Counted from the stretch's first letter, positions 12,254-23,706 are shown. The stretch is DNA of 64,000 nt from Escherichia coli 042 (GCF_000027125.1 NC_017626.1), one strand, 5' to 3'. Program-made: numbers and translations. Notes: generated by a model from the letters alone, not told the origin.

Positions 12254-12670
12254 ATGTGGTATCAAAAGACGCTCACGCTTAGCGCCAAATCTCGTGGGTT
12301 TCATCTGGTAACGGATGAAATTCTGAATCAGCTGGCTGATATGCCGCGCGTTAACATCGGTTTACTGCATCTGTTGCTGCAACATACCTCCGCCTCTCTG
12401 ACACTTAATGAGAACTGCGATCCCACCGTACGCCACGACATGGAGCGTTTTTTCCTCCGCACCGTTCCCGACAACGGAAATTATGAGCATGACTATGAGG
12501 GAGCAGACGATATGCCTTCTCATATCAAATCCTCAATGCTGGGAACATCGCTTGTATTGCCGGTGCATAAAGGGCGTATTCAGACCGGCACCTGGCAAGG
12601 CATCTGGCTGGGGGAACATCGCATCCACGGCGGATCGCGTCGCATTATCGCGACACTACAAGGGGAGTAA
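12254..12670 (+). CDS. yjbQ: UPF0047 family protein YjbQ (138 aa)
   Basis: Translation [50 protein letters not shown]... Confidence 0.9.
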
Positions 12671-12673
12671 AAA

Positions 12674-13030
12674 ATGACCATTTCGGAGTTGCTACAATAT
12701 TGCATGGCAAAACCAGGCGCAGAACAGAGCGTGCATAACGACTGGAAAGCGACGCAGATCAAAGTGGAAGATGTACTGTTTGCGATGGTGAAAGAAGTAG
12801 AAAATCGCCCGGCGGTTTCGCTGAAAACCAGCCCGGAGCTGGCGGAGCTGCTACGTCAGCAGCACAGCGATGTGCGTCCAAGCCGCCATCTGAATAAAGC
12901 GCACTGGAGCACCGTGTATCTCGACGGTTCGCTGCCGGATTCGCAAATCTATTATCTGGTGGATGCGTCTTATCAGCAGGCGGTGAATTTGCTGCCGGAA
13001 GAAAAACGTAAATTGCTGGTGCAACTCTGA
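12674..13030 (+). CDS. yjbR: YjbR family protein (118 aa)
   Basis: Translation MTISELLQYCMAKPGAEQSVHNDWKATQIKVEDVLFAMV...; 4-bp gap after yjbQ suggests an operon. Confidence 0.9.
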   Translation: MTISELLQYCMAKPGAEQSVHNDWKATQIKVEDVLFAMVKEVENRPAVSLKTSPELAELLRQQHSDVRPSRHLNKAHWSTVYLDGSLPDSQIYYLVDASYQQAVNLLPEEKRKLLVQL

Positions 13031-13036
13031 AAGAAG

Positions 13037-13059
13037 AAGGCCGCTCGGAAAGCGGCCTT
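13037..13059. terminator. Bidirectional terminator hairpin between convergent yjbR and uvrA
   Basis: aaggccgct-cggaa-agcggcctt palindrome. Confidence 0.5.
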
Positions 13060-13064
13060 AACGA

Positions 13065-15887
13065 TTACAGCATCGGCTTGAGGAAGCGCGCCGTATGCGA
13101 AGCTTCGCACTCCGCGACGGTTTCTGGCGTACCGGAGACGAGGATCTCGCCGCCACCACTGCCGCCTTCCGGTCCCAGGTCGACAATCCAGTCAGCGGTT
13201 TTGATCACGTCGAGATTGTGTTCAATCACCACAATGGTATTGCCCTGATCGCGCAGTTTATGCAGTACGTCGAGCAGTTGCTGAATATCGGCGAAGTGCA
13301 GACCGGTGGTCGGCTCGTCGAGAATATACAGTGTCTGCCCGGTGCCGCGTTTTGACAGCTCACGCGCCAGCTTCACGCGCTGGGCTTCACCACCAGAAAG
13401 GGTGGTTGCGGACTGCCCGAGGCGAATGTACGTCAGGCCAACGTCCATCAACGTTTGCAGCTTACGCGCCAGTGCAGGTACGGCATCAAAGAACTCACGC
13501 GCCTCTTCGATGGTCATATCCAGCACTTCGTGGATGGTTTTGCCTTTGTACTTAATCTCCAGCGTTTCACGGTTATAGCGTTTGCCTTTGCACTGGTCGC
13601 ACGGCACGTAGATATCCGGCAGGAAGTGCATCTCCACTTTGATCACGCCGTCGCCCTGACAGGCTTCGCAGCGCCCGCCACGGACGTTAAAGCTGAAACG
13701 TCCCGGCGTATAGCCGCGCGCACGGGATTCCGGTACGCCCGCAAACAGTTCGCGCACAGGCGTAAACACGCCGGTATAGGTCGCTGGGTTAGAACGCGGA
13801 GTACGACCAATTGGGCTTTGGTCGATATCGATCACTTTATCGAAATGCTCCAGCCCCTGAATATCGCGATACGGTGCCGGTTCGGCGATGGTCGCCCCAT
13901 TCAACTGGCGTTGGGCAATCGGGAACAGTGTGTCGTTAATCAGTGTCGATTTACCGGAACCTGAAACCCCTGTGATGCAGGTAAACAGACCGACTGGCAG
14001 CGTCAGCGTCACGTCTTTCAGGTTATTACCGCGTGCGCCTGTCAGCTTCAGCACTTTTTCCGGATTCGCCGGAACGCGTTTCTTCGGCACTTCAATCTTG
14101 CGTTTACCGCTCATGTACTGCCCGGTCAACGACTCAGGCACTGCCATAATCGCTTCCAGTGGACCTTCTGCGACCACTTCACCGCCGTGTACACCTGCGC
14201 CCGGGCCAATGTCGATCACATGGTCAGCGGCGCGAATCGCGTCTTCGTCGTGCTCCACCACAATCACGGTATTACCGAGATCGCGCAGATGGATAAGCGT
14301 ACCCAACAGGCGCTCGTTATCGCGCTGGTGCAGGCCGATAGACGGCTCGTCCAGCACGTACATAACGCCAACCAGGCCCGCACCAATCTGGCTCGCCAGA
14401 CGGATACGCTGGGCTTCACCGCCAGAAAGTGTCTCTGCCGAGCGGGAAAGTGTCAGGTAATTCAGGCCTACGTTAACGAGGAATTTCAGGCGATCGCCAA
14501 TCTCTTTAAGAATTTTTTCCGCAATCTTAGCTCGCTGACCTGCGAGTTTGAGATTGTTGAAGAATTCCATCGCATGACCGATGCTCATGTCGGAGATAGC
14601 AGGCAGCGGCGTATTCTCGACATACACATGGCGCGCTTCTCGACGCAGACGCGTCCCTTCGCAGCTGGCGCACGGGCGATTGCTGATAAACTTGGCTAAT
14701 TCTTCGCGTACCGCACTGGATTCCGTCTCTTTATAACGGCGCTCCATATTGTGCAGCACGCCTTCGAACGGATGACGACGAATGGAGGTATCGCCACGAT
14801 CGTTCATGTATTTGAATTCAATGTTTTCTTTGCCAGAACCGTACAACACCACTTTATGCACGTTCGCGCTCAGGCTGCCCCACGGCGCTTCGACGTCGAA
14901 CTTATAGTGATCTGCCAGCGATTTCAGCATCTGGAAGTAATAGAAGTTGCGGCGATCCCAGCCTCGGATCGCACCGCCAGCCAGCGACAGTTCCGGATTC
15001 TGGATCACGCGGTCAGGATCGAAATATTGCTGCACGCCAAGGCCGTCACAGGTCGGGCAGGCCCCTGCCGGGTTGTTAAACGAAAACAGTCGCGGCTCCA
15101 GTTCACGCATACTGTAGCCGCAAATTGGGCAGGCGAAATTAGCGGAGAACAGCAACTCTTCCGCTTTCGGGTCGTCCATATCCGCAACTACCGCGGTACC
15201 ACCGGAAAGCTCCAGCGCGGTTTCAAACGACTCTGCCAGACGTTGGGTGAGATCGTCACGCACCTTGAAGCGATCAACCACCACTTCAATGGTATGTTTC
15301 TTTTGCAGTTCCAGTTTCGGCGGATCGGAAAGATCGCAGACTTCGCCATCAATACGAGCACGGATGTAACCCTGGCTTGCCAGATTTTCCAGCGTTTTGG
15401 TGTGTTCGCCTTTGCGCTCTTTAATGATTGGCGCGAGCAGCATCAGGCGTTTACCTTCCGGCTGCGACAGCACGTTATCCACCATCTGGCTGACGGTTTG
15501 CGCCGCCAGCGGTACATCGTGGTCCGGGCAGCGCGGCTCACCGACGCGGGCGAACAACAAACGCAAATAGTCGTGGATTTCGGTGATTGTCCCCACCGTA
15601 GAACGCGGGTTATGAGACGTCGATTTCTGCTCAATCGAGATGGCAGGAGAAAGCCCCTCAATATGATCGACGTCCGGCTTTTCCATCAGTGACAGAAACT
15701 GCCGCGCGTAGGCGGAAAGGGATTCAACGTAACGGCGCTGCCCTTCGGCATATAAGGTGTCGAAAGCGAGCGAGGATTTGCCAGAACCCGAAAGCCCGGT
15801 CACGACAATGAGCTTGTCGCGGGGGATAACGAGGTTGATGTTTTTGAGATTATGGGTGCGGGCGCCCCGAACTTCGATCTTATCCAT
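13065..15887 (-). CDS. uvrA: Excinuclease ABC subunit A, UvrA (940 aa)
   Basis: Translation [58 protein letters not shown]...; two ABC ATPase modules and zinc fingers. Confidence 0.97.
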   Translation of the reverse strand: MDKIEVRGARTHNLKNINLVIPRDKLIVVTGLSGSGKSSLAFDTLYAEGQRRYVESLSAYARQFLSLMEKPDVDHIEGLSPAISIEQKSTSHNPRSTVGTITEIHDYLRLLFARVGEPRCPDHDVPLAAQTVSQMVDNVLSQPEGKRLMLLAPIIKERKGEHTKTLENLASQGYIRARIDGEVCDLSDPPKLELQKKHTIEVVVDRFKVRDDLTQRLAESFETALELSGGTAVVADMDDPKAEELLFSANFACPICGYSMRELEPRLFSFNNPAGACPTCDGLGVQQYFDPDRVIQNPELSLAGGAIRGWDRRNFYYFQMLKSLADHYKFDVEAPWGSLSANVHKVVLYGSGKENIEFKYMNDRGDTSIRRHPFEGVLHNMERRYKETESSAVREELAKFISNRPCASCEGTRLRREARHVYVENTPLPAISDMSIGHAMEFFNNLKLAGQRAKIAEKILKEIGDRLKFLVNVGLNYLTLSRSAETLSGGEAQRIRLASQIGAGLVGVMYVLDEPSIGLHQRDNERLLGTLIHLRDLGNTVIVVEHDEDAIRAADHVIDIGPGAGVHGGEVVAEGPLEAIMAVPESLTGQYMSGKRKIEVPKKRVPANPEKVLKLTGARGNNLKDVTLTLPVGLFTCITGVSGSGKSTLINDTLFPIAQRQLNGATIAEPAPYRDIQGLEHFDKVIDIDQSPIGRTPRSNPATYTGVFTPVRELFAGVPESRARGYTPGRFSFNVRGGRCEACQGDGVIKVEMHFLPDIYVPCDQCKGKRYNRETLEIKYKGKTIHEVLDMTIEEAREFFDAVPALARKLQTLMDVGLTYIRLGQSATTLSGGEAQRVKLARELSKRGTGQTLYILDEPTTGLHFADIQQLLDVLHKLRDQGNTIVVIEHNLDVIKTADWIVDLGPEGGSGGGEILVSGTPETVAECEASHTARFLKPML

Positions 15888-15972
15888 TCACCTTTCCCGG
15901 ATTAAACGCTTTTTTGCCCGGTGGCATGGTGCTACCGGCGATCACAAACGGTTAATTATGACACAAATTGAC

Positions 15973-15988
15973 CTGAATGAATATACAG
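15973..15988. promoter_or_regulatory. LexA (SOS) box in the divergent uvrA-ssb control region
   Basis: CTGAATGAATATACAG matches CTG-N10-CAG in the uvrA/ssb intergenic region. Confidence 0.7.
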
Positions 15989-16141
15989 TATTGGAATGCA
16001 TTACCCGGAGTGTTGTGTAACAATGTCTGGCCAGGTTTGTTTCCCGGAACCGAGGTCACAACATAGTAAAAGCGCTATTGGTAATGGTACAATCGCGCGT
16101 TTACACTTATTCAGAACGATTTTTTTTCAGGAGACACGAAC

Positions 16142-16678
16142 ATGGCCAGCAGAGGCGTAAACAAGGTTATTCTCGTTGGTAATCTGGGTCAGGACCCGGA
16201 AGTACGCTACATGCCAAATGGTGGCGCAGTTGCCAACATTACGCTGGCTACTTCCGAATCCTGGCGTGACAAAGCGACCGGCGAGATGAAAGAGCAGACT
16301 GAATGGCACCGCGTTGTGCTGTTCGGCAAACTGGCAGAAGTAGCCAGCGAATATCTGCGTAAAGGTTCTCAGGTTTATATCGAAGGTCAGCTGCGTACCC
16401 GTAAATGGACCGATCAATCCGGTCAGGATCGCTACACCACTGAAGTGGTGGTGAACGTTGGCGGCACCATGCAGATGCTGGGTGGTCGTCAGGGTGGCGG
16501 CGCTCCGGCAGGTGGTAATATCGGTGGCGGTCAGCCACAGGGCGGTTGGGGTCAGCCTCAGCAGCCGCAGGGTGGCAATCAGTTCAGCGGCGGCGCGCAG
16601 TCTCGCCCGCAGCAGTCCGCTCCGGCAGCACCGTCTAACGAGCCGCCGATGGATTTTGATGACGATATTCCGTTCTGA
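16142..16678 (+). CDS. ssb: Single-stranded DNA-binding protein SSB (178 aa)
   Basis: Translation [67 protein letters not shown]..., Gly/Gln-rich linker and acidic tail DFDDDIPF. Confidence 0.97.
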   Translation: MASRGVNKVILVGNLGQDPEVRYMPNGGAVANITLATSESWRDKATGEMKEQTEWHRVVLFGKLAEVASEYLRKGSQVYIEGQLRTRKWTDQSGQDRYTTEVVVNVGGTMQMLGGRQGGGAPAGGNIGGGQPQGGWGQPQQPQGGNQFSGGAQSRPQQSAPAAPSNEPPMDFDDDIPF

Positions 16679-16741
16679 TTTGTCATTAAAACAATAGGTT
16701 ATATTGTTTTAAGGTGGATGATTAAAGCATCTGCCAGCCGT

Positions 16742-16772
16742 AAAAAAGAAGCCTCCGTTTTGGAGGCTTCTA
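16742..16772. terminator. Bidirectional terminator between convergent ssb and yjcB
   Basis: A-run, hairpin gaagcctcc-gttt-tggaggcttc. Confidence 0.65.
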
Positions 16773-16776
16773 CATA

Positions 16777-17058
16777 TCAAGTCAAAATCATTGGCCATTG
16801 TGGCGGTGTCTGATTCATCTCTTCTATCATCACCGACTCGATGTTGTGCCAGATGGCGGTGATATCCGCCATTGTGATGCCAAGCAACCCCATTGCGAAC
16901 CAGCAGGCAGAAACCACGCCCAGACCGCTGCTGATCACTGCAAGCCCGACATAATCAGACCGACGAAAACGGATGTTGAGTGTGCTGGCCAGAAACATCA
17001 TTACGGCACTAAGAAGTTGCCAGCGAAGAAGAACCACGCCAGTGGTGAGGGTAGCCAT
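16777..17058 (-). CDS. yjcB: Small inner-membrane protein YjcB (93 aa)
   Basis: Translation MATLTTGVVLLRWQLLSAVMMFLASTLNIRFRRSDYVGLAVISSGLGVV...; ATG (cat) at 17056..17058. Confidence 0.75.
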   Translation of the reverse strand: MATLTTGVVLLRWQLLSAVMMFLASTLNIRFRRSDYVGLAVISSGLGVVSACWFAMGLLGITMADITAIWHNIESVMIEEMNQTPPQWPMILT

Positions 17059-17487
17059 CAAACAATTCCTCTGAAAAGAGCCGATGCCTCGGACAGCGCG
17101 GCGTTGTTCACGGGAGGCGTGATACAATCTGGCTATCGCGGGGCTTGCAGAACACAAAAAAGAAACACTCTGTTTGTTTCATTAATTTTGTGAACTATAT
17201 CACAATTGATTGTTTGTTAGCCAGATTAGGCCGTGACTTTTATTGCCGTACAGATTATGTGTTTTTTCAGTGGCATTAAGGGGATATCTTCCCACCGCCT
17301 CTGCATTCCTGTAGGAAATTAGTTTTGAATATCAATGAATTATTTTTATTCAGGTGACGATTAAAAAGGTATCAATTTCAAATCAGGCAAAAGTGCTATT
17401 TATACCGTAAGATTTATCTAAAGACGTCGGTGCCCAGGGTTTTCACCTTGCAATGGCCGGGTATAAACAGGCAGGAAATTGATAGCA

Positions 17488-19071
17488 ATGAGTCATCGTG
17501 CACGACACCAATTACTGGCGTTGCCGGGCATTATCTTTTTAGTTCTCTTTCCCATCATTCTGTCGCTATGGATTGCCTTCCTTTGGGCAAAATCAGAAGT
17601 GAATAGCCAGCTCCAAACTTTTGCTCAGCTGGCGCTGGATAAATCCGAGCTGGTCATTCGCCAGGCAGATTTAGTGAGCGATGCAGCAGAACGCTATCAG
17701 GGGCAAGTTTGCACTCCAGCCCATCAAAAGCGAATGTTGAATATTATTCGTGGCTATCTTTATATTAATGAATTGATCTATGCCCGTGATAACCATTTTT
17801 TATGCTCATCGCTGATAGCGCCTGTAAACGGCTATACGATTGCACCGGCCGATTATAAGCGTGAACCTAACGTTTCTATCTATTATTACCGCGATACGCC
17901 TTTTTTCTCTGGCTATAAAATGACCTATATGCAGCGGAGAAATTATGTGGCGGTTATCAACCCTCTCTTCTGGAGTGAAGTGATGTCCGATGATCCGACA
18001 TTGCAATGGGGTGTGTATGATACGGTGACAAAAACCTTTTTCTCGTTAAGCAACGAGGCCTCGGCAGCAACGTTTTCTCCGCTGATTCATTTGAATGATT
18101 TAACCGTACAAAGAAATGGCTATTTATATGCGACAGTTTATTCGACAAAACGCCCAATTGCAGCCATTGTTGCGACTTCATATCAACGTCTTATAGCGCA
18201 TTTTTATAATCATCTTATTTTTGCATTACCCGCCGGTATTTTGGGGAGTCTTGTTCTGTTATTACTCTGGCTACGTATTCGACAAAACTATTTGTCTCCC
18301 AAACGCAAATTGCAACGCGCCCTCGAAAAACATCAACTTTGCCTTTATTACCAGCCAATAATCGATATCAAAACAGAAAAATGTATCGGAGCTGAAGCAT
18401 TGTTACGTTGGCCTGGTGAGCAGGGGCAAGTAATGAATCCGGCAGAGTTTATTCCGCTGGCAGAAAAGGAGGGGATGATCGAACAGATAACTGATTATGT
18501 TATTGATAATGTCTTCCGCGATCTGGGCGTGTACCTGGCAACACATGTCGATCGCTATGTTTCTATTAACCTGTCGGCCTCCGATTTTCATACGTCACGG
18601 TTGATAGCGCGAACCAATCAGAAAACAGAGCAATACGCGGTGCGTCCACAGCAAATTAAATTTGAAGTGACTGAACATGCATTTCTTGATGTCGACAAAA
18701 TGACACCAATTATTCTGGCTTTCCGCCAGGCTGGTTACGAAGTGGCAATTGATGATTTTGGTATTGGCTACTCTAACTTGCATAACCTTAAATCATTGAA
18801 TGTCGATATTTTGAAAATCGATAAATCGTTTGTTGAGACGCTGACCACCCATAAAACCAGTCATTTGATTGCGGAACACATCATCGAGCTGGCGCACAGT
18901 CTGGGGTTAAAAACGATCGCTGAAGGCGTCGAAACTGAGGAGCAGGTTAACTGGCTGCGCAAACGCGGCGTGCGCTATTGCCAGGGATGGTTCTTTGCGA
19001 AGGCGATGCCGCCGCAGGTGTTTATGCAATGGATGGAGCAATTACCCGCGCGGGGGTTAACGCGCGGGTAA
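17488..19071 (+). CDS. pdeC: c-di-GMP phosphodiesterase PdeC (CSS sensor domain plus EAL domain)
   Basis: N-terminal TM segments, periplasmic domain, C-terminal EAL domain ([24 protein letters not shown]); start taken at ATG 17488, alternatively TTG 17479. Confidence 0.85.
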
Positions 19072-19076
19072 TAAAA

Positions 19077-19400
19077 CTACAGGCGGTGGCGATAATCGCT
19101 GGGAGTGCGATCAAACTGCCGACGGAAAACGCGGGAGAAGGTCTGCTGCGAGACATAACCCAGGTCCATTGCGATATCAAAAATCGGACGCTCGGTGGTG
19201 CGTAACTCAACGGCGGCCAGTAACAGGCGGCGTTGGCGAATGTAATCACCAAGTGTCTGATGCGTCACCGTGCGGAACATCCGCTGTAAGTACCACTTTG
19301 AATAGCCTGATTTTTTTGCGACGACATCAATGTTAAGCGGCTGGTCAATATGCTCGTCAATCCATGCGATAAGATCCTGAATAATTTTCTGATGGGACAT
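19077..19400 (-). CDS. soxS: AraC-family superoxide-response activator SoxS (107 aa)
   Basis: Translation MSHQKIIQDLIAWIDEHIDQPLNIDVVAKKSGYSKWYLQRMFRTV... Confidence 0.95.
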   Translation of the reverse strand: MSHQKIIQDLIAWIDEHIDQPLNIDVVAKKSGYSKWYLQRMFRTVTHQTLGDYIRQRRLLLAAVELRTTERPIFDIAMDLGYVSQQTFSRVFRRQFDRTPSDYRHRL

Positions 19401-19456
19401 AAATCTGCCTCTTTTCAGTGTTCAGTTCGTTAATTCATCTGTTGGGGAGTATAATT

Positions 19457-19474
19457 CCTCAAGTTAACTTGAGG
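19457..19474. promoter_or_regulatory. SoxR operator within the soxS promoter
   Basis: Perfect palindrome CCTCAAGTTAACTTGAGG in the soxS-soxR divergent region. Confidence 0.7.
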
Positions 19475-19485
19475 TAAAGCGATTT

Positions 19486-19950
19486 ATGGAAAAGAAATTA
19501 CCCCGCATTAAAGCGCTGCTAACCCCCGGCGAAGTGGCAAAACGCAGCGGTGTGGCGGTATCGGCGCTGCATTTCTATGAAAGCAAAGGGTTGATTACCA
19601 GTGTCCGTAATAGCGGCAATCAGCGCCGATATAAACGTGATGTGTTGCGATATGTCGCAATCATCAAAATTGCTCAGCGTATTGGCATTCCGCTGGCGAC
19701 CATTCGTGAAGCATTTGGCGTGTTGCCCGAAGGGCATACATTAAGTGCGAAAGAGTGGAAACAGCTTTCGTCCCAATGGCGAGAAGAGTTGGATCGGCGC
19801 ATTCATACCTTAGTGGCGCTGCGTGACGAACTGGACGGATGTATTGGTTGTGGCTGCCTTTCGCGCAGTGATTGCCCATTGCGTAACCCGGGCGACCGTT
19901 TAGGAGAAGAAGGCACAGGCGCACGCTTGCTGGAAGATGAACAAAACTAA
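19486..19950 (+). CDS. soxR: MerR-family redox-sensing regulator SoxR, [2Fe-2S] (154 aa)
   Basis: Translation [49 protein letters not shown]...; C-terminal [14 protein letters not shown] cluster. Confidence 0.95.
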   Translation: MEKKLPRIKALLTPGEVAKRSGVAVSALHFYESKGLITSVRNSGNQRRYKRDVLRYVAIIKIAQRIGIPLATIREAFGVLPEGHTLSAKEWKQLSSQWREELDRRIHTLVALRDELDGCIGCGCLSRSDCPLRNPGDRLGEEGTGARLLEDEQN

Positions 19951-20083
19951 AGCGCCACAAGGGCGCTTTAGTTTGTTTTCCGGTCTTTGTCTTTCTCTCT
20001 ATCCCGCTGGTACACAGGAGGGTTTCCCCCGACGTCAACACACCTCATTCGAGCACGTGGTGGAGGTTCCGGTTGGTGTTGAT
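19944..20083 (-). ncRNA. ryjA: Putative small RNA RyjA; position inferred from K-12 synteny, not from a diagnostic sequence
   Basis: The soxR-ghxP spacer (546 bp) matches K-12, where ryjA abuts the soxR 3' end on the opposite strand; strand and ends are from memory. Confidence 0.3.
19949..19980. terminator. Rho-independent terminator at the soxR 3' end, probably bidirectional
   Basis: Hairpin aaagcgcc-acaa-gggcgcttt followed by a T-rich run. Confidence 0.65.
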
Positions 20084-20495
20084 GCTTTAATTGTATGTCA
20101 CCGGCGTTTCTTCGCCAGTGTAAAAGTACACTTTTTAGCCGCAATATTTTTGTCATCTCAGACGATTTTTTATCGCAATCCTGAACGGTATGCGGCTCGA
20201 TAACGCTGCAATCTTGCGCATCGACGATAACGTTTGCGCATCAATTGCCTGGTTTTTCATCGTCAAGACAATAAAAGAGAAAAAAGCAGCAAACTTCGGT
20301 TGAAAAAGCCGCTATGATCGCCGGATAATCGTTTGCTTTTTTTACCACCCGTTTTGTATGCGCGGAGCTAAACGTTTGCTTTTTTGCGACGCACCAATTT
20401 GTCGCAAACCTGGAGCAGGAAGATAACGTTTCGCTGGCAGGGGATTGTCCGCCACGCATCTTGACGAAAATTAAACTCTCAGGGGATGTTTTCTT

Positions 20496-21845
20496 ATGTC
20501 TACGCCATCAGCGCGTACCGGCGGTTCACTCGACGCCTGGTTTAAAATTTCACAACGTGGAAGCACTGTCCGTCAGGAAGTGGTTGCCGGGTTAACAACG
20601 TTTCTGGCGATGGTCTACTCGGTTATCGTCGTTCCAGGCATGTTGGGTAAAGCGGGCTTCCCGCCTGCGGCAGTTTTCGTTGCGACCTGTCTGGTTGCCG
20701 GACTCGGTTCTATCGTGATGGGTCTGTGGGCTAATCTGCCGTTGGCGATTGGTTGCGCCATCTCCCTGACGGCGTTTACCGCATTCAGTCTGGTGCTGGG
20801 GCAACATATTAGCGTACCTGTCGCGCTGGGTGCCGTGTTCCTGATGGGTGTGCTGTTTACGATAATTTCTGCCACGGGTATTCGTAGCTGGATTTTGCGC
20901 AACTTGCCGCACGGTGTGGCGCACGGCACGGGGATCGGTATCGGTCTGTTCCTGCTGCTGATTGCTGCGAATGGTGTCGGTCTGGTGATTAAAAACCCGC
21001 TTGATGGTCTGCCCGTTGCGCTGGGTGATTTCGCGACCTTCCCGGTGATTATGTCACTGGTAGGTCTGGCGGTGATCATCGGCCTGGAAAAACTGAAAGT
21101 CCCTGGTGGCATTCTGCTGACCATTATCGGTATCTCAATTGTCGGTTTGATCTTCGATCCTAACGTCCATTTCTCCGGCGTTTTCGCCATGCCTTCATTG
21201 AGCGATGAAAACGGCAATTCACTGATTGGCAGCCTGGACATTATGGGCGCGCTGAATCCTGTAGTCCTGCCAAGCGTTCTGGCGCTGGTGATGACGGCAG
21301 TATTTGATGCCACCGGAACTATCCGCGCCGTCGCCGGTCAGGCGAACCTGCTGGATAAAGACGGGCAGATCATCGACGGCGGTAAAGCACTGACCACTGA
21401 CTCCATGAGCAGCGTTTTCTCTGGCCTGGTGGGTGCAGCTCCGGCAGCGGTATACATCGAGTCTGCGGCGGGTACGGCGGCGGGCGGTAAAACCGGGTTG
21501 ACGGCTATCACCGTTGGCGTGCTGTTCCTGCTGATTCTGTTCCTCTCTCCGCTCTCTTACCTCGTTCCGGGGTATGCAACGGCTCCGGCGCTGATGTACG
21601 TTGGCCTGCTGATGCTGAGTAACGTGGCGAAAATCGACTTTGCTGATTTTGTTGATGCGATGGCGGGTCTGGTTACGGCGGTATTCATCGTGCTGACCTG
21701 TAACATCGTAACAGGCATCATGATCGGCTTCGCGACTCTGGTGATTGGTCGTCTGGTTTCCGGCGAATGGCGCAAGTTGAACATCGGTACGGTCGTTATC
21801 GCCGTGGCGCTGGTGACCTTCTATGCGGGTGGCTGGGCTATCTAA
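20496..21845 (+). CDS. ghxP: Guanine/hypoxanthine permease GhxP (NCS2 family, 449 aa)
   Basis: Translation [50 protein letters not shown]...; polytopic membrane protein. Confidence 0.9.
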   Translation: MSTPSARTGGSLDAWFKISQRGSTVRQEVVAGLTTFLAMVYSVIVVPGMLGKAGFPPAAVFVATCLVAGLGSIVMGLWANLPLAIGCAISLTAFTAFSLVLGQHISVPVALGAVFLMGVLFTIISATGIRSWILRNLPHGVAHGTGIGIGLFLLLIAANGVGLVIKNPLDGLPVALGDFATFPVIMSLVGLAVIIGLEKLKVPGGILLTIIGISIVGLIFDPNVHFSGVFAMPSLSDENGNSLIGSLDIMGALNPVVLPSVLALVMTAVFDATGTIRAVAGQANLLDKDGQIIDGGKALTTDSMSSVFSGLVGAAPAAVYIESAAGTAAGGKTGLTAITVGVLFLLILFLSPLSYLVPGYATAPALMYVGLLMLSNVAKIDFADFVDAMAGLVTAVFIVLTCNIVTGIMIGFATLVIGRLVSGEWRKLNIGTVVIAVALVTFYAGGWAI

Positions 21846-21863
21846 TCTTTCATATGATTCTGA

Positions 21864-21897
21864 AAACGGGTGGCAATGGCTGCCCGTTTTTATTTTC
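21864..21897 (+). terminator. Rho-independent terminator after ghxP
   Basis: Hairpin acgggtggc..gctgcccgt followed by a T-run. Confidence 0.55.
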
Positions 21898-21995
21898 TCC
21901 GTACATTGTGTGAGCTTTTGCGATATTCTGAAAAAATGAGAATTCAGGCATAACGTCTTTCTCAGATCATAAAAAACATCGCAAACAGGGAACGC

Positions 21996-23645
21996 ATGGA
22001 AATCTTCTTCACCATACTGATAATGACCCTCGTGGTCTCGCTGTCCGGGGTGGTCACTCGTGTCATGCCCTTTCAGATCCCGCTTCCGCTTATGCAAATC
22101 GCCATCGGTGCGCTACTGGCGTGGCCGACGTTTGGTTTGCATGTGGAGTTTGATCCTGAACTCTTTTTAGTCTTGTTTATCCCGCCGTTGCTGTTCGCTG
22201 ATGGCTGGAAAACGCCGACCCGTGAATTTCTCGAACATGGTCGAGAGATTTTCGGCCTCGCTCTGGCGCTGGTGGTGGTCACCGTGGTCGGCATTGGCTT
22301 CCTTATTTACTGGGTGGTGCCGGGCATTCCGCTGATCCCCGCCTTTGCGCTGGCGGCGGTGCTTTCTCCGACCGATGCTGTGGCGCTCTCGGGGATTGTT
22401 GGCGAAGGGCGCATCCCGAAAAAAATCATGGGCATTTTGCAGGGCGAAGCGTTGATGAATGACGCCTCCGGCCTGGTGTCGTTGAAGTTTGCCGTAGCAG
22501 TGGCGATGGGGACGATGATCTTCACCGTCGGCGGTGCGACGGTCGAATTTATGAAAGTAGCCATTGGCGGTATTCTCGCCGGTTTTGTAGTGAGCTGGCT
22601 GTATGGTCGCTCGCTGCGATTCCTCAGCCGCTGGGGCGGTGATGAACCTGCGACGCAGATTGTTCTACTGTTCTTGCTGCCATTCGCTTCTTATCTGATT
22701 GCCGAACATATTGGCGTTTCCGGCATCCTCGCTGCGGTTGCCGCCGGGATGACCATCACCCGCTCCGGTGTGATGCGCCGTGCGCCGCTGGCAATGCGCC
22801 TGCGCGCAAACAGTACCTGGGCGATGCTGGAATTTGTCTTTAACGGCATGGTATTCCTGCTGTTAGGTCTGCAGCTGCCGGGTATTCTGGAGACGTCGCT
22901 GATGGCGGCAGAAATCGACCCTAACGTCGAAATCTGGATGCTGTTTACCGATATCATTCTGATTTATGCGGCGCTGATGCTGGTCCGTTTCGGCTGGCTG
23001 TGGACGATGAAAAAGTTCAGCAACCGCTTCCTGAAAAAGAAGCCGATGGAGTTTGGTTCGTGGACCACACGAGAAATCCTGATCGCGTCTTTCGCCGGGG
23101 TGCGTGGGGCGATCACTCTGGCTGGTGTGCTCTCTATCCCGCTGCTCTTGCCGGATGGTAACGTCTTCCCGGCGCGCTATGAGCTGGTATTCCTGGCGGC
23201 TGGTGTCATTCTCTTCTCGCTGTTTGTCGGCGTGGTGATGTTGCCTATTCTGCTACAACACATTGAAGTCGCGGACCATTCGCAACAATTGAAAGAGGAA
23301 CGTATTGCGCGAGCGGCAACGGCAGAAGTGGCTATTGTGGCGATCCAGAAAATGGAGGAGCGTCTGGCGGCGGATACCGAAGAGAATATCGATAACCAGT
23401 TGCTTACGGAGGTCAGTTCTCGCGTCATTGGTAACCTGCGTCGTCGCGCCGATGGACGTAACGACGTTGAAAGTTCCGTGCAGGAAGAGAACCTTGAGCG
23501 TCGCTTCCGTCTGGCGGCATTGCGTTCTGAACGTGCTGAACTGTACCACCTGCGCGCCACGCGGGAGATCAGCAATGAAACGCTGCAAAAATTACTGCAC
23601 GATCTCGATTTGCTTGAAGCATTGCTGATTGAGGAAAATCAGTAA
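21996..23645 (+). CDS. yjcE: Putative Na+/H+ exchanger YjcE (CPA1 family, 549 aa)
   Basis: Translation MEIFFTILIMTLVVSLSGVVTRVMPFQIPLPLMQIAIGALLAWP...; multi-TM with a C-terminal hydrophilic tail. Confidence 0.9.
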   Translation: MEIFFTILIMTLVVSLSGVVTRVMPFQIPLPLMQIAIGALLAWPTFGLHVEFDPELFLVLFIPPLLFADGWKTPTREFLEHGREIFGLALALVVVTVVGIGFLIYWVVPGIPLIPAFALAAVLSPTDAVALSGIVGEGRIPKKIMGILQGEALMNDASGLVSLKFAVAVAMGTMIFTVGGATVEFMKVAIGGILAGFVVSWLYGRSLRFLSRWGGDEPATQIVLLFLLPFASYLIAEHIGVSGILAAVAAGMTITRSGVMRRAPLAMRLRANSTWAMLEFVFNGMVFLLLGLQLPGILETSLMAAEIDPNVEIWMLFTDIILIYAALMLVRFGWLWTMKKFSNRFLKKKPMEFGSWTTREILIASFAGVRGAITLAGVLSIPLLLPDGNVFPARYELVFLAAGVILFSLFVGVVMLPILLQHIEVADHSQQLKEERIARAATAEVAIVAIQKMEERLAADTEENIDNQLLTEVSSRVIGNLRRRADGRNDVESSVQEENLERRFRLAALRSERAELYHLRATREISNETLQKLLHDLDLLEALLIEENQ

Positions 23646-23681
23646 GCCGAAAGCGACGTAACCAGGCCCGGGGTAATTTGA

Positions 23682-23706
23682 AAAAGGTGCAATCTTTTGC
23701 ACCTTT
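23682..23706. terminator. Terminator hairpin between convergent yjcE and yjcF
   Basis: aaaggtgcaa-tctt-ttgcaccttt perfect hairpin. Confidence 0.55.

Noticed and set aside
13095-15692. Several long + strand ORFs (up to 313 aa) inside uvrA
   Set aside because: They are antisense to an unambiguous 940-aa UvrA frame in GC-rich DNA, with no start context or recognisable motifs
15888-16141. Possible small ORF or sRNA in the uvrA-ssb spacer
   Set aside because: The interval is accounted for by the divergent SOS-regulated promoters and the LexA box; no hairpin-terminated unit was seen
16480-16640. Gly/Gln/Pro-rich repeat region that could be taken for a degenerate tandem repeat
   Set aside because: It is the normal flexible linker of SSB ahead of its acidic C-terminal tail
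20592-22097. Minus-strand ORFs of 110, 232 and 292 aa overlapping ghxP and its upstream region
   Set aside because: Antisense to a well-supported permease gene; Arg/His/Gln-rich low-complexity translations typical of out-of-frame GC-rich sequence
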